Source of the DNA: Eledone cirrhosa | Lineage: Eukaryota | Length of the DNA: 64,000 nt | Reading direction: 5' to 3' | Assembly: GCA_964016885.1 (NCBI GenBank) | Contig: OZ024761.1 | Location: 7,192,001-7,256,000, forward strand | Shown here: in pieces, positions 54,039 through 60,900 of the stretch | Layout: each line of letters opens with the position of its first letter | Position numbering within the stretch: the stretch's first letter is position 1 | Position numbers and translations under genes: made by a program | The notes under the pieces: generated by a model | Databases searched by the model: none | Told to the model about the DNA's origin: nothing | The model's input: only the letters and a program-made list of their open reading frames with translations

Positions 54039-54935
54039 TATATGTACATATATATACACACACACACAGATAGTGTCATAATGTCGTAATGCAGACAGCC
54101 AGACATACAGACAGATATTATAAGGGTGCAACGTTATATCTATGTATCTATCTAAAAAGAAAGACTAAGAATTATAGAGAGAGATCGCTAAATTGCCTAA
54201 TGCGGTCCCTAGGGCATTGAAAATTTGCTCAAAACACTTACATGACCATAGGTATTACATGTGTAAAGTTTGAAAACAATTGGTTGGGTGGTTCTCGAGT
54301 TTTAGACAGTCAGACAGACAGACATTCTCTGTTTTAGATATATAGATAACTAGCAGTGGTACCCAGCGTTGCACGGGATAAAGTATTTTGGAAGGCGGGC
54401 CGCCAACAGAGATAATCGTGGTAAAACTGCATGCCTGGACAATATGTAAAGAAAATAAACTGAATACTCTGATCGCTGGATAATCTTTTAAGATTTTCCT
54501 CGATGAAGCAGGAAAAATGCAGGTTTTCACCTAATGCGGGCCCTAGGGGATCAAGAAAATCAATTTTTTTTTATGTGCATAACACTCCATGAAACATAAG
54601 TAATACATGTGTAAAGTTTGAAAAACATCGGTTGGATACTCTCGAGTTTTAGGGATTCACACACACACACACTTACACACACACACACACAGTTTTAGAT
54701 ATATATATAGATATTTAGGAAAGAAATAAAGAAATGAGCCATTCTTCTACGTACCACCCCATGTTGGATCAACAGTTTGCTTTTCAATCAAAGCATTTAG
54801 GTCAATGTCTTTCGTAAACATGTTAGTTTCTGTCCTTGGGTAGCTGATAATACCCTGGGTGTACAGTTTCTCAGCAATCTTCATTGTTTCCTTTGCACCA
54901 ATCCTCAGTTTTCTTGAAGCAAGCTTCTCGAGTTC
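272..54935 (-). CDS. TOP3A: DNA topoisomerase III alpha, partial multi-exon gene (15 exons in window; 5' and 3' ends lie outside)
   Basis: Spliced translation [37 protein letters not shown]...[10 protein letters not shown]...[11 protein letters not shown]...[30 protein letters not shown]...CPKCNQDM...[11 protein letters not shown]...GCVGGCD is collinear with metazoan TOP3A as I recall it; all junctions are GT-AG with matching phases. Confidence 0.96.
455..1256. repeat. 53-bp minisatellite, about 15 copies
   Basis: Unit aaatgttcccagagggtcaacaacacagatatatttgaccccaggactctacc with internal gggtcaa/ttgaccc inverted repeat. Confidence 0.95.
1282..1355 (-). CDS. TOP3A: TOP3A exon N ([24 protein letters not shown])
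   Basis: ttccag|TGT ... GA|gtaaat; 74 nt. Confidence 0.92.
1560..2110. repeat. (CAC/CAA/CAT)n trinucleotide tract
   Basis: Direct inspection. Confidence 0.95.
2147..2246 (-). CDS. TOP3A: TOP3A exon M ([34 protein letters not shown])
   Basis: ttctag|T ... CAG|gtaaat; 100 nt. Confidence 0.93.
2295..2620 (-). mobile_element. tRNA-derived SINE, family 1 (CORE-like centre, RTE-like (GAT)n tail); further copies near 18070-18425(-), 19770-20107(-), 24975-25190(-), 25354-25800(+), 31509-31790(+), 32512-32800(-), 37460-37762(-), 50935-51630(-)
   Basis: A box TGGCTTAGTGG and B box GAGTTCAATTC in the head, ccttgagcaagacactt core, many near-identical dispersed copies. Confidence 0.85.
2822..2864 (-). 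ncRNA. Minimal type-I hammerhead ribozyme motif in a Penelope-related pLTR-like repeat (about 2690-2920)
   Basis: GUCA-CUGAGGA-G-GUCACA gaaug UGUGAC-GAAA-GAGC-UU-UGAC: conserved core, stems I and II pair. Confidence 0.7.
3079..3168 (+). ncRNA. Type-I hammerhead ribozyme motif with long stem II (second family, partly decayed)
   Basis: AGU-CUGACGA-GCUUUUGAU...AUCAAUAGC-GAAA-UGCAC-GUC-ACU, followed by AATAAA. Confidence 0.6.
3417..4311 (+). mobile_element. Tc1/mariner (mariner-type) DNA transposon, internally deleted, about 102-bp TIRs, TA target duplication
   Basis: HTH region ([24 protein letters not shown]), VPKLL, ITGDESW then direct jump to the C-terminus; TIRs 3417-3518 and 4209-4311 flanked by TA. 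Confidence 0.92.
4944..8383 (-). pseudogene. LINE ORF2 (AP endonuclease, reverse transcriptase, C-terminal zinc finger) with one frameshift and one premature stop
   Basis: LNARG, GDWN, SYLDRF, TDH; [25 protein letters not shown]; CPRC..E...HALVQC; 5-bp duplication at 6240-6249 and in-frame TAG at 5034-5036. Confidence 0.92.
8417..10174 (-). CDS. LINE ORF1 (gag-like nucleic-acid-binding protein, single CCHC knuckle)
   Basis: 585-aa open frame with [14 protein letters not shown] and Pro/Thr-rich tail, 33 bp upstream of ORF2. Confidence 0.88.
   Translation of the reverse strand: MTKTNLDMDSNNGKKKFEKLHDNTNNTNKDTTNTKIIFENNTITESKADDKISFAQKTKKSLTYIAENISDVARRITDAKQYISEGENGILSVKMPQEFTKDIESRTVKFRTINNSTKKPEQPSQADIKTVLTEVLNETTFIRKDRLYGSLAIIMKNESAAKKCALSPIRSKNFTFYPSYMGKRTQRIWLDAMMPDVDYCWLIAGFIDPVNDNVISIGKTTGNAFSGTGIELVVQMKPERIAQIPDRILLEDHGYINISVEGRRPSCHICAGRGHLKAACPQLNKKKTLLPTPAPPPAPPPPPQQINKQQNSVPPNPSLSKTTPPPQHKQSQHITPKQNTGPPNLSLNKTTQPPQTQHTTQSNIVTSISPTKKTNTETVPANIPLPSNTEDNPTNSEEETESFRQIKRKKRKHVQNTQSQTTPTQISTQSNKTENTPPATNKTKPAPPLFETLTPSEKKTLHYTYINRNNNKLNELIYNNPSVQTEGVNFVSSENYPHLKLIKIPMNLYQKLKKDFKEDVGPPSVKPINRVLLKSFPPPLPLPNTTPNTPTPPHTDDPTPPQDTPSPNTPDPMEVVQPEPREAER
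10575..11515. repeat. (GATA)n followed by a compound TG/TA minisatellite with tctatatataagcatg core
   Basis: Direct inspection. Confidence 0.9.
11617..11710 (-). CDS. TOP3A: TOP3A exon L ([31 protein letters not shown]), start of the C4 zinc finger
   Basis: atctag|GT ... GG|gtgagt; 94 nt. Confidence 0.9.
11714..11930 (+). mobile_element. RTE-type LINE 3' fragment; related fragment at about 27205-27870
   Basis: [17 protein letters not shown]; the second copy continues [13 protein letters not shown] and ends in (GAT)n. Confidence 0.8.
12005..12985. repeat. Two adjacent retroposon-derived minisatellites: 48-bp (about 8 copies, 12005-12410) and 47-bp (about 8 copies, 12575-12985)
   Basis: Units share cacccagtccac.ct.taa.gtgg with the SINE/RTE 3' body. 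Confidence 0.88.
13145..15050. repeat. (GGT/GAT)n tract grading into an aatgacagt(ggt)n minisatellite
   Basis: Direct inspection. Confidence 0.95.
15202..15265 (-). CDS. TOP3A: TOP3A exon K ([21 protein letters not shown])
   Basis: ttgtag|GCA ... G|gtaagt; 64 nt; matches the AKKLDEALAQYFG segment. Confidence 0.88.
15475..16905. repeat. CA-rich minisatellite, unit about 46 bp (cattcacacaaatacacatacattcattcacataaacacatacata)
   Basis: Direct inspection. Confidence 0.9.
17040..17625. repeat. (CAC)n tract with recurring ccctccccagatc motif
   Basis: Direct inspection. Confidence 0.9.
17687..17745 (-). CDS. TOP3A: TOP3A exon J ([20 protein letters not shown])
   Basis: ttacag|AT ... CAG|gtttgt; 59 nt. 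Confidence 0.9.
18475..19502. repeat. 73-bp minisatellite, about 14 copies, inside a piggyBac-like MITE copy (about 17870-19512)
   Basis: Unit contains ggtaaagcctttacc; flanks match the 53158-53377 monomer. Confidence 0.92.
20751..20793 (+). ncRNA. Minimal type-I hammerhead ribozyme motif in a Penelope-related pLTR-like repeat (about 20560-20945)
   Basis: GUCA-CUGAAGA-G-GUCACA gaaug UGUGAC-GAAA-GAAC-UU-UGAC. Confidence 0.7.
21153..21900 (+). mobile_element. tRNA-derived SINE, family 2 (Meta-domain-like centre), here with an internal 33-bp array of about 18 copies (21175-21766); other copies near 22310-22490, 24485-24668, 24823-24930, 26265-26437, 33263-33450, 44516-44618, 50605-50745, 51900-52070, 53500-53700
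   Basis: A box TGGCAGTATCGG, B box GAGTTCAAATCC, gcctttcatccttacggggtcgataaaataaagtaccag domain. Confidence 0.82.
22523..22551 (-). CDS. TOP3A: TOP3A 29-nt micro-exon I ([10 protein letters not shown])
   Basis: Strong pyrimidine tract ttctttctctcttgcag|G ... G|gtaata; bridges phase 2 to phase 1 and matches the ICDGKKDK segment. Confidence 0.88.
22590..23695. repeat. GT-rich tgtgtacactgttgttag minisatellite followed by (GGT)n
   Basis: Direct inspection; fills nearly the whole intron between exons H and I. Confidence 0.92.
23731..23800 (-). CDS. TOP3A: TOP3A exon H ([23 protein letters not shown])
   Basis: aatag|GT ... AA|gtaagt; 70 nt. Confidence 0.94.
27005..27118 (-). CDS. TOP3A: TOP3A exon G ([38 protein letters not shown])
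   Basis: tccag|GT ... G|gtattt; 114 nt. Confidence 0.95.
28585..28892. repeat. Short 51/68-bp tandem repeat, about 5 copies (gatctactgatgatattgtggtacaattgttgtaaatagtgg)
   Basis: Direct inspection. Confidence 0.85.
29150..31110 (-). pseudogene. Decayed RTE-clade LINE ORF (endonuclease plus RT N-terminal half)
   Basis: [46 protein letters not shown], with several stops and frameshifts. Confidence 0.9.
33033..33111 (-). CDS. TOP3A: TOP3A exon F ([26 protein letters not shown])
   Basis: tgcag|ATG ... G|gtaagt; 79 nt. Confidence 0.95.
33740..35371. repeat. Compound TA/TG minisatellite (tacaactgta core) containing an inverted duplication
   Basis: Direct inspection. Confidence 0.9.
35708..37460 (+). 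mobile_element. Penelope-like element remnant: frameshifted reverse transcriptase followed by a hammerhead-bearing pLTR-like region
   Basis: [26 protein letters not shown] (shifted frame), LPVLD, VKVVEK-like [13 protein letters not shown]; no GIY-YIG domain seen. Confidence 0.85.
37224..37265 (+). ncRNA. Minimal type-I hammerhead ribozyme motif downstream of the Penelope-like RT
   Basis: ACCA-CUGAUGA-U-GUCACA gaug UGUGAC-GAAA-GAAC-UU-UGAU (one stem I mismatch). Confidence 0.65.
37924..37974 (-). CDS. TOP3A: TOP3A exon E ([17 protein letters not shown])
   Basis: ctgcag|GAA ... GAG|gtaaga; 51 nt; fills the expected gap between exons D and F. Confidence 0.9.
38125..40830. repeat. 73-bp minisatellite, about 37 copies, built from the 3' terminus of an Ingi/Vingi-like LINE
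   Basis: Unit tagagtgtcagttacaaagcttggctagatgtggttccaccacagctgaacacattgctgtccttttgtcccc; contiguous with the LINE C-terminus. Confidence 0.93.
40830..41602 (-). mobile_element. Ingi/Vingi-like LINE 3' fragment (second shorter copy about 53040-53455)
   Basis: [46 protein letters not shown]; clade assignment from recalled motifs. Confidence 0.75.
41960..44245 (+). mobile_element. Ingi/Vingi-like LINE mid-ORF fragment interrupted by a 67-bp array of about 25 copies (42355-44035)
   Basis: [26 protein letters not shown] (the repeat unit), [16 protein letters not shown]. Confidence 0.8.
44275..44680. repeat. 33-bp tandem repeat made from the exon D 3' end and donor site, interrupted by a SINE fragment
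   Basis: tctcaccttgtcaga recurs with 33-bp spacing. Confidence 0.9.
44668..44742 (-). CDS. TOP3A: TOP3A exon D ([25 protein letters not shown])
   Basis: tacag|TTT ... AAG|gtgaga; 75 nt. Confidence 0.95.
45054..45524 (-). mobile_element. About 470-bp non-autonomous non-LTR retroelement with (GATTA)n tail and 10-bp target-site duplication
   Basis: aaaatctcat at 45044-45053 and 45525-45534; empty site visible in the MITE monomer near 53280. Confidence 0.8.
45540..46612. repeat. 72-bp minisatellite, about 15 copies, inside a piggyBac-like MITE copy (about 44925-46624)
   Basis: ggtaaagccttta core; ends tgctaaaaggttaa. Confidence 0.92.
46690..47056. mobile_element. Palindromic MITE-like element with an internal duplication of about 77 bp
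   Basis: Left arm 46690-46830 is the imperfect reverse complement of 46925-47056. Confidence 0.7.
47150..47500. repeat. (CAC)n tract
   Basis: Direct inspection. Confidence 0.93.
47529..47639 (-). CDS. TOP3A: TOP3A exon C ([37 protein letters not shown])
   Basis: gacag|GGC ... AAA|gtaagt; 111 nt. Confidence 0.95.
47672..49324 (+). repeat. 48-bp satellite, about 34 copies
   Basis: Unit ttaaccctttcattaccatatttctaatgaaagacactgtctatgtca. Confidence 0.96.
49430..50040 (+). mobile_element. RTE-like LINE 3' fragment containing a 70-bp array of about 7 copies (49482-49972)
   Basis: [32 protein letters not shown]; unit has a cacggtcac/gtgaccgtg stem. Confidence 0.78.
50370..50476 (-). CDS. TOP3A: TOP3A exon B ([36 protein letters not shown])
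   Basis: ctgcag|CT ... CAG|gtatgt; 107 nt, phase 1 to 0. Confidence 0.95.
51045..51500. repeat. 49-bp array of about 9 copies inside a family-1 SINE
   Basis: Unit ccactttgcagtgtgggctgggtgcttttttgccgtggcacccccacga; usually single in other copies. Confidence 0.9.
52085..53040. repeat. 73-bp minisatellite, about 13 copies, same unit as 38125-40830
   Basis: Same unit and homologous LINE flank. Confidence 0.93.
53158..53377. mobile_element. 220-bp piggyBac-like MITE with TTAA target duplication
   Basis: TTAA-CCCTTTA ... TAAAGGG-TTAA; homologous LINE copy near 40945 shows a single TTAA (empty site). Confidence 0.88.
53717..54712 (-). mobile_element. Two tandem non-autonomous Helitron-like elements (about 53717-54346 and 54350-54712)
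   Basis: Minus-strand 5' ends TCTATATAT.CTAAAAC; 3' ends with CCCG..CAACG..GGG hairpin then CTAG|T. Confidence 0.72.
54755..54935 (-). CDS. TOP3A: TOP3A exon A with the catalytic tyrosine ([10 protein letters not shown])
   Basis: ttccag|GAA ... G|gtacgt; 181 nt, phase 0 to 1. Confidence 0.95.
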
Positions 54936-54944
54936 CTGGAAATC

Positions 54945-57900
54945 GACAGTGTCTTTCATTAGAAATATGGCAATGAAAGGGTTAAAGACATAGACAGTGC
55001 CTTTCATTAGAAATATGGTGATGGAAGGGTTAACGACATAGGTAGTGTCTTTCATTAGAAATATGGTAATGAAAGGGTTAATGACATAGATAGAGTCTTT
55101 CATTAGAAATATGGTAATGAAAGAGTTAATGACATAGATAGTGTCTTTCATTAGAAATATGGTAATGAAAGAGTTAATGACATAGATAGTGTCTTTCATT
55201 AGAAATATGGTAATGAAAGTGTTAATGACATAGACAGTGTCTTTCATTAGAAATATGGTAATGAAAGAGTTAATGACATAGACAGTGCCTTTCATTAGAA
55301 ATATGGTAATGAAAGTGTTAATGACATAGACAGTGTCTTTCATTAGAAATATGGTGATGGAAGGGTTAATGACACAGACAGTGTCTTTCATTAGAAATAT
55401 GGTGATGGAAGGGTTAATGATATAGACAGTGTCTTTCATTAGAAATATGGTAATGAAAGGGTTAATGACATAGACAGTGTCTTTCATTAGAAATATGGTA
55501 ATGAAAGAGTTAATGACATAGACAGTGCCTTTCATTAGAAATATGGTAATGAAAGTGTTAATGACATAGACAGTGTCTTTCATTAGAAATATGGTGATGA
55601 AAGGGTTAATGTCATAGACAGTGTCTTTCATTAGAAATATGGTAATGAAAGTGTTAATGACATAGACAGTGTCTTTCATTAGAAATATGGTGATGAAAGG
55701 GTTAATGTCATAGACAGTGTCTTTCATTAGAAATATGGTAATGAAAGTGTTAATGACATAGACAGTGCCTTTCATTAGAAATATGGTAATGAAAGTGTTA
55801 ATGATATAGACAGTGTCTTTCATTAGAAATATGGTGATGGAAGGGTTAATGACACAGACAGTGTCTTTCATTAGAAATATGGTGATGGAAGGGTTAATGA
55901 CATAGGTAGTGTCTTTCATTAGAAATATGGTAATGAAAGTGTTAATGACATAGACAGTGTCTTTCATTAGAAATATGGTGATGGAAGGGTTAATGACACA
56001 GACAGTGCCTTTCATTAGAAATATGGTGATGGAAGGGTTAATGACACAGACAGTGTCTTTCATTAGAAATATGGTGATGGAAGGGTTAATGACATAGACA
56101 GTGTCTTTCATTAGAAATATGGTAATGAAAGGGTTAATGACACAGACAGTGTCTTTCATTAGAAATATGGTGATGGAAGGGTTAATGACATAGACAGTGT
56201 CTTTCATTAGATATATGGTAATGAAAGGGTTAATGACACAGACAGTGTCTTTCATTAGAAATATGGTGATGGAAGGGTTAATGACATAGACAGTGTCTTT
56301 CATTAGATATATGGTAATGAAAGGGTTAATGACACAGACAGTGTCTTTCATTAGAAATATGGTGATGGAAGGGTTAATGACATAGACAGTGTCTTTCATT
56401 AGAAATATGGTGATGGAAGGGTTAATGACATAGACAGTGTCTTTCATTAGAAATATGGTAATGAAAGGGTTAATGACACAGACAGTGTCTTTCATTAGAA
56501 ATATGGTGATGGAAGGGTTAATGACATAGACAGTGTCTTTCATTAGAAATATGGTAATGAAAGGGTTAATGACACAGACAGTGTCTTTCATTAGAAATAT
56601 GGTGATGGAAGGGTTAATGACATAGACAGTGTCTTTCCTTAGAAATATGGTAATGAAAGGGTTAATGACACAGACAGTGTCTTTCATTAGAAATATGGTG
56701 ATGGAAGGGTTAATGACATAGACAGTGTCTTTCATTAGAAATATGGTAATGAAAGGGTTAATGACACAGACAGTGTCTTTCATTAGAAATATGATAATGA
56801 AAGGGTTAATGACATAGACAGTGTCTTTCCTTAGAAATATGGTAATGAAAGGGTTAATGACACAGACAGTGTCTTTCATTAGAAATATGATAATGAAAGG
56901 GTTAATGACATAGACAGTGTCTTTCCTTAGAAATATGGTAATGAAAGGGTTAATGACACAGACAGTGTCTTTCATTAGAAATATGGTGATGGAAGGGTTA
57001 ATGACACAGACAGTGTCTTTCATTAGAAATATGGTGATGGAAGGGTTAATGACATAGACAGTGTCTTTCATTAGAAATATGATAATGAAAGGGTTAATGA
57101 CACAGACAGTGTCTTTCATTAGAAATATGGTGATGGAAGGGTTAATGACATAGACAGTGTCTTTCATTAGAAATATGGTAATGAAAGGGTTAATGATATA
57201 GACAGTGTCTTTCATTAGAAATATGGTAATGAAAGGGTTAATGACATAGACAGTGTCTTTCATTAGAAATATGGTAATGAAAGGGTTAATGACATAGACA
57301 GTGTCTTTCATTAGAAATATGGTGATGGAAGGGTTAATGACATAGATAGTGTCTTTCATTAGAAATATGGTAATGAAAGGGTTAATGACACAGACAGTGT
57401 CTTTCATTAGAAATATGGTGATGGAAGGGTTAATGACATAGACAGTGTCTTTCATTAGATATATGGTAATGAAAGGGTTAATGACACAGACAGTGTCTTT
57501 CATTAGAAATATGGTGATGGAAGGGTTAATGACATAGACAGTGTCTTTCATTAGATATATGGTAATGAAAGGGTTAATGACACAGACAGTGTCTTTCATT
57601 AGAAATATGGTGATGGAAGGGTTAATGACATAGACAGTGTCTTTCATTAGAAATATGGTGATGGAAGGGTTAATGACATAGACAGTGTCTTTCATTAGAA
57701 ATATGGTAATGAAAGGGTTAATGACACAGACAGTGTCTTTCATTAGAAATATGGTGATGGAAGGGTTAATGACATAGACAGTGTCTTTCATTAGATATAT
57801 GGTAATGAAAGGGTTAATGACACAGACAGTGTCTTTCATTAGAAATATGGTGATGGAAGGGTTAATGACATAGACAGTGTCTTTCATTAGATATATGGTA

Positions 57901-60900
57901 ATGAAAGGGTTAATGACACAGACAGTGTCTTTCATTAGAAATATGGTGATGGAAGGGTTAATGACATAGACAGTGTCTTTCATTAGAAATATGGTAATGA
58001 AAGGGTTAATGACACAGACAGTGTCTTTCATTAGAAATATGGTGATGGAAGGGTTAATGACATAGACAGTGTCTTTCCTTAGAAATATGGTAATGAAAGG
58101 GTTAATGACACAGACAGTGTCTTTCATTAGAAATATGGTGATGGAAGGGTTAATGACATAGACAGTGTCTTTCATTAGAAATATGGTAATGAAAGGGTTA
58201 ATGACACAGACAGTGTCTTTCATTAGAAATATGATAATGAAAGGGTTAATGACATAGACAGTGTCTTTCCTTAGAAATATGGTAATGAAAGGGTTAATGA
58301 CACAGACAGTGTCTTTCATTAGAAATATGATAATGAAAGGGTTAATGACATAGACAGTGTCTTTCCTTAGAAATATGGTAATGAAAGGGTTAATGACACA
58401 GACAGTGTCTTTCATTAGAAATATGGTGATGGAAGGGTTAATGACACAGACAGTGTCTTTCATTAGAAATATGGTGATGGAAGGGTTAATGACATAGACA
58501 GTGTCTTTCATTAGAAATATGATAATGAAAGGGTTAATGACACAGACAGTGTCTTTCATTAGAAATATGGTGATGGAAGGGTTAATGACATAGACAGTGT
58601 CTTTCATTAGAAATATGGTGATGGAAGGGTTAATGACATAGATAGTGTCTTTCATTAGAAATATGGTAATGAAAGGGTTAATGACATAGACAGTGTCTTT
58701 CATTAGAAATATGGTAATGAAAGGGTTAATGACATAGACAGTGTCTTTCATTAGAAATATGGTAATGAAAGGGTTAATGACATAGACAGTGTCTTTCATT
58801 AGAAATATGGTAATGAAAGGGTTAATGACATAGACAGTGTCTTTCATTAGAAATATGGTGATGGAAGGGTTAATGACATAGATAGTGTCTTTCATTAGAA
58901 ATATGGTAATGAAAGGGTTAATGACATAGACAGTGTCTTTCATTAGAAATATGGTAATGAAAGGGTTAATGACATAGACAGTGTCTTTCATTAGAAATAT
59001 GGTAATGAAAAGGTTAATGGCATAGATAGTGTCTTTCATTAGAAATATGGTAATGAAAGGGTTAATGACATAGACAGTGTCTTTCATTAGAAATATGGTG
59101 ATGGAAGGGTTAATGACATAGACAGTGTCTTTCATTAGAAATATGGTAATGAAAGGGTTAATGACATAGATAGTGTCTTTCATTAGAAATATGGTAATGA
59201 AAGGGTTAATGACATAGACAGTGTCTTTCATTAGAAATATGGTAATGAAAGGGTTAATGACATAGACAGTGTCTTTCATTAGAAATATGGTAATGAAAGG
59301 GTTAATGACATAGACAGTGTCTTTCATTAGAAATATGGTAATGAAAGGGTTAATGACATAGACAGTGTCTTTCATTAGAAATATGGTGATGGAAGGGTTA
59401 ATGACATAGATAGTGTCTTTCATTAGAAATATGGTAATGAAAGGGTTAATGACATAGACAGTGTCTTTCATTAGAAATATGGTTATGAAAGGGTTAATGA
59501 CACAGACAGTGTCTTTCATTAGAAATATGGTGATGGAAGGGTTAATGACATAGACAGTGTCTTTCATTAGAAATATGGTAATGAAAAGGTTAATGGCATA
59601 GATAGTGTCTTTCATTAGAAATATGGTAATGAAAGGGTTAATGACATAGACAGTGTCTTTCATTAGAAATATGGTAATGAAAGGGTTAATGACATGGACA
59701 GTGTCTTTCATTAGAAATATGGTAATGAAAGGGTTAATGACATAGACAGTGTCTTTCATTAGAAATATGGTGATGGAAGGGTTAATGACATAGACAGTGT
59801 CTTTCATTAGAAATATGGTGATGGAAGGGTTAATGACATAGACAGTGTCTTTCATTAGAAATATGGTAATGAAAGGGTTAATGACATAGACAGTGTCTTT
59901 CATTAGAAATATGGTGATGGAAGGGTTAATGACATAGGTCGTGTCTTTCATTAGAAATATGGTAATGGAAGGGTTAATGACATAGACAGTGTCTTTCATT
60001 AGAAATATGGTGATGGAAGGGTTAATGACATAGACAGTGTCTTTCATTAGAAATATGGTAATGAAAGGGTTAATGACATAGACAGTGTCTTTCATTAGAA
60101 ATATGGTGATGGAAGGGTTAATGACATAGGTCGTGTCTTTCATTAGAAATATGGTAATGGAAGGGTTAATGACATAGACAGTGTCTTTCATTAGAAATAT
60201 GGTGATGGAAGGGTTAATGACATAGACAGTGTCTTTCATTAGAAATATGGTAATGAAAGGGTTAATGACATAGACAGTGTCTTTCATTAGAAATATGGTA
60301 ATGAAAGGGTTAATGACATAGACAGTGTCTTTCATTAGAAATATGGCAATGAAAGGGTTAATGACATAGACAGTGTCTTTCATTAGAAATATGGTAATGA
60401 AAGGGTTAATGACATAGACAGTGTCTTTCATTAGAAATATGGCAATGAAAGGGTTAATGACATAGACAGTGTCTTTCATTAGAAATATGGCAATGAAAGG
60501 GTTAATGACATAGACAGTGTCTTTCATTAGAAATATGGTAATGAAAGGGTTAATGACATAGACAGTGTCTTTCATTAGAAATATGGTAATGAAAGGGTTA
60601 ATGACATAGACAGTGTCTTTCATTAGAAATATGGCAATGAAAGGGTTAATGACATAGACAGTGTCTTTCATTAGAAATATGGTAATGAAAGGGTTAATGA
60701 CATAGGTAGTGTCTTTCATTAGAAATATGGTAATGAAAGGGTTAATGACATAGACAGTGTCTTTCATTAGAAATATGGTGATGGAAGGGTTAATGACATA
60801 GGTCGTGTCTTTCATTAGAAATATGGTAATGAAAGGGTTAATGACATAGACAGTGTCTTTCATTAGAAATATGGTAATGAAAGGGTTAATGACATAGACA

